In this document: positions 62,048-64,000 of the stretch, one piece after another
Layout of the letters: each line of letters starts with the position of its first letter
Numbering within the stretch: the stretch's first letter is position 1
Virus record (IMG/VR): IMGVR_UViG_3300033148_007488
Location: 1 to 64,000 of that record
From: a virus
Taxonomy: Duplodnaviria > Heunggongvirae > Uroviricota > Caudoviricetes
Reading direction: 5' to 3' (one strand)
Length of the DNA: 64,000 nt
Made by a program: the position numbers and the translations under genes
The notes under the pieces: model-generated
Told to the model about the DNA's origin: nothing
Database searches by the model: none
What the model saw: only the letters and a program-made list of their open reading frames with translations

Positions 62048-62964
62048 TGATACATCAAGGAAGAGTTGATTCACAAGGGAATTATAGGAACATTGGGAGG
62101 AAAGACGAGGGATATTTTGATACACTTGGAGACCGTCCTTTTGCCGCATTGGTTACAGCTTGGCATCCAAAATCGCAGACTATTGATGTTATCGTTCCTG
62201 TGCAATACGGCAATGTTGAACTGGATGAGATCACTGTTTACGGGGACTTCTTTGAATCTACTGGAACTATCTATACTCCAAAAATAGCGACAGAAAAAGG
62301 ATCTGAAGGTTACACAACGGCATATAATGAAAACATTCAGGGTGATCCAACTTCTGATAAATATGTCCTGAACAACCATATTGAAGCTCTTATTTTCAAG
62401 ACAAATAGCGGAGAATACGCCACAAATTCTTTTAGATTCCTATCTGCCAATTCCCAAATGTTGAATAATGTTAAAGAGGGTAGAAAGATAATACGGCATG
62501 ATGACGGTTCTTTTTCTGTCCATGATGAAGATGGTAATTATCAATTCAAGCACCCGTCAGGTCTTAAAGTAAGGATTGGAGATGTTGATGATGACATTGA
62601 GTTAGATGAGCAATTTGACGAACACTTGAAAAACAAAACGGCTTATGCTTCAGGCATTAAAGCTTTTGTTGAATACCCGCTTGGCGGTAAACTTGGTTAT
62701 GATGATGACGGGAAGATATTTTTATCGAATCCAATAGGTTCAGTAAAAGAGGAAGTTCTTGACGTAATGCTTGACCACCATACATCAACGCTTGGATTTA
62801 TTGATGAGTTTTTAGCTCTTTTTATTGCCCATAATCATCCTTGTATCGTGCCTACTGGAACACCTTTAAATGCATCTAATGCGGTAAACATACAAGTAGA
62901 TGTCCAACTTGAAATAACAGGAATATCCACCACTAAAGCAACACTCAGTACGATACTGTCATGA
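62047..62964 (+). CDS. Baseplate protein candidate.
   Basis: ORF of 305 aa, coupled to the upstream gene. Confidence 0.4.
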   Translation: MIHQGRVDSQGNYRNIGRKDEGYFDTLGDRPFAALVTAWHPKSQTIDVIVPVQYGNVELDEITVYGDFFESTGTIYTPKIATEKGSEGYTTAYNENIQGDPTSDKYVLNNHIEALIFKTNSGEYATNSFRFLSANSQMLNNVKEGRKIIRHDDGSFSVHDEDGNYQFKHPSGLKVRIGDVDDDIELDEQFDEHLKNKTAYASGIKAFVEYPLGGKLGYDDDGKIFLSNPIGSVKEEVLDVMLDHHTSTLGFIDEFLALFIAHNHPCIVPTGTPLNASNAVNIQVDVQLEITGISTTKATLSTILS

Positions 62965-63278
62965 TAGAAGAATACAGAAAGCAAGAAGCCATTGGATTAA
63001 AAAAGGAAAAAGATATTGAAGCCATGTACGAAAACCTTTTCCAGGGAGTTTGCTTGGAAATTATAAGAAGGTGGCTTTCTGGAAAAGCGGGCAGATTAAG
63101 AGACGCAAAAGATAATAAAGAAATCAAAATCATGATAGATAAGCTTGATAAACAATGGGTTGATTTCCGTACAGAAATAAAAAAGTCTGATGATGGTTAT
63201 TTCCGTAAATTTATGGAAAAATCTTATAAAAAACTTTATGCAATCTGGACTTATGACGATACTGAAAGCAACGCTTAA
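62961..63278 (+). CDS. Hypothetical small structural-module protein.
   Basis: ORF of 105 aa. Confidence 0.4.
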   Translation: MIEEYRKQEAIGLKKEKDIEAMYENLFQGVCLEIIRRWLSGKAGRLRDAKDNKEIKIMIDKLDKQWVDFRTEIKKSDDGYFRKFMEKSYKKLYAIWTYDDTESNA

Positions 63279-63825
63279 AATTGGATTACAAAAATTCCTT
63301 GATGATCAGTATGCAGGTTTTACAGGGTATGCTACCAGTGCAGCAGATCATAAAACAAAATTTGATGCAGCTATCGATACTTATTTAGCACCGATAACGG
63401 TTATTAATCCAGTAACAGTGCTCCCAAATAATACACAAATAGATGCCTCGAATTCAGGGTTAGATTTTTCAGATGAGCTTATACTTGCGGTTGGTGAGCC
63501 TTCTCTCCAATATGACATAGAAATGTCAGATGGGTTCGAAGCTATGATAACAAAAGCTGTATTGGCTGCATCAGGTGATTATTTTGGTGGGACTATTAAC
63601 CCTATTTCTTTGATTAATCCATTGGTTGCGGCAAGTAAATCAGCCGTTAAAACAGCCGTAAATACAATATCTCAGACATTCAATACTGGTGGAGAATTTT
63701 GTGAAGCGATAGCAGACGCAATCCATACAAACGCTTTACTTGATTATAAGACTACATGCACCTATTTAGTTCTAACACCACCTAGTACTCCACCTGTAAC
63801 AGGAGCACCGTTAGATTATGGCTAA
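63253..63825 (+). CDS. Hypothetical baseplate-module protein.
   Basis: The track ORF starts at 63190. An internal start at 63253 (MTILKATLK) reduces the overlap with the upstream gene. Confidence 0.4.
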   Translation: MTILKATLKIGLQKFLDDQYAGFTGYATSAADHKTKFDAAIDTYLAPITVINPVTVLPNNTQIDASNSGLDFSDELILAVGEPSLQYDIEMSDGFEAMITKAVLAASGDYFGGTINPISLINPLVAASKSAVKTAVNTISQTFNTGGEFCEAIADAIHTNALLDYKTTCTYLVLTPPSTPPVTGAPLDYG

Positions 63826-64000
63826 TTATACCTACGAAGAGCTTGAAAGACTTGCAAATGCAGTCAGAAACACATGGGCGTCAAATTATAACGGTGGTAT
63901 GCTCACAGGCATGTCAAATCGGATTGGAGCAACTGGAGACAAAGCTTTTGAAGCGTTAATGGGTGATACGATAGAAGTGATCGGAGGAGGCATTTTTTCC
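63818..64000 (+). CDS. 5' part of a further structural-module ORF (MANYTYEELERLANAVRNTWASNYNGG...), truncated by the window end.
   Basis: I translated it by hand. The ATG at 63818 overlaps the previous stop. Confidence 0.35.
   Translation, partial: MANYTYEELERLANAVRNTWASNYNGGMLTGMSNRIGATGDKAFEALMGDTIEVIGGGIFS

Noticed and set aside
1-64000. CRISPR arrays, rRNA and tRNA genes.
   Set aside because: No regularly spaced direct-repeat arrays and no rRNA-like conserved stretches. I could not recognise a cloverleaf or tRNA-like sequence in the intergenic gaps by eye, though a tRNA cannot be formally excluded without tRNAscan.
1-64000. Integrase/attachment site or terminase/portal genes.
   Set aside because: I found no tyrosine or serine recombinase motifs and no Walker-A-containing large-terminase candidate in any long ORF. 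6886..8742 could be a portal, but nothing supports that.

Overview
This window looks like a 64-kb stretch of an AT-rich tailed dsDNA phage genome, possibly a prophage fragment. It contains no rRNA and no CRISPR array, and I found no tRNA by eye. I also found no integrase, terminase or clear portal gene; they may lie outside the window.

Host clues: many genes have strong AGGAGG-type ribosome-binding sites, several in a conserved TAGGAG(A/G)CGAAATG context. Several promoters look sigma70-like. There are Sec signal peptides, a lipobox lipoprotein and a secreted SLT lytic transglycosylase. Together these point to a Gram-negative, SD-using host.

Layout:
- 1-8.7 kb (+): small early-type genes, including an RHH regulator and a DUF1737-like ORF interrupted at an A8 run.
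- 8.7-16.2 kb (-): a ParB-like protein, a secreted protein, zinc-ribbon peptides, a flotillin/SPFH protein with a small membrane partner, and a Rha regulator.
- 16.2-31.7 kb: the most unusual block. Four paralogous proteins share an N-terminal module (M..LLLFSPFQKGFVRAHTRKGK.VGPYFTKRQ plus a K/H-rich helical region) fused to different C-terminal domains. One C-terminus is a clear R-S-E ADP-ribosyltransferase, and another is DUF3560-like. The block also holds duplicated small basic-protein genes, repeated promoter-like elements, a MuF-like head-morphogenesis protein, and a membrane/lipoprotein trio. I interpret the paralogs as a capsid-packaged, co-injected effector family, analogous to T4 Alt/IP proteins and MuF polymorphic toxins.
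- 33.8-37.6 kb (-): an operon of ParB-like (IbrB-like), PAPS-reductase/PP-loop (IbrA-like), an EctC-like cupin, MazG and a CxxCxxCC protein.
- 37.8-44.9 kb (-): two antirepressor (Ant/KilAC) genes, one preceded by an Arc-like RHH gene as in P22 immI, plus many small ORFs.
- 44.9-49.5 kb: a secreted lytic transglycosylase and a 1001-aa tail fibre.
- 49.9-64 kb (+): the morphogenesis module. Its order is prohead-protease-like, scaffold-like, large capsid candidate, tail sheath, tail tube, a chaperone pair joined by a -1 frameshift on an A9 run, tape measure, and baseplate proteins. This is a contractile-tail architecture.

The ORF track uses alternative start codons: 57868 and 44976 are TTG. Many short overlapping ORFs in the track are shadows of longer genes.
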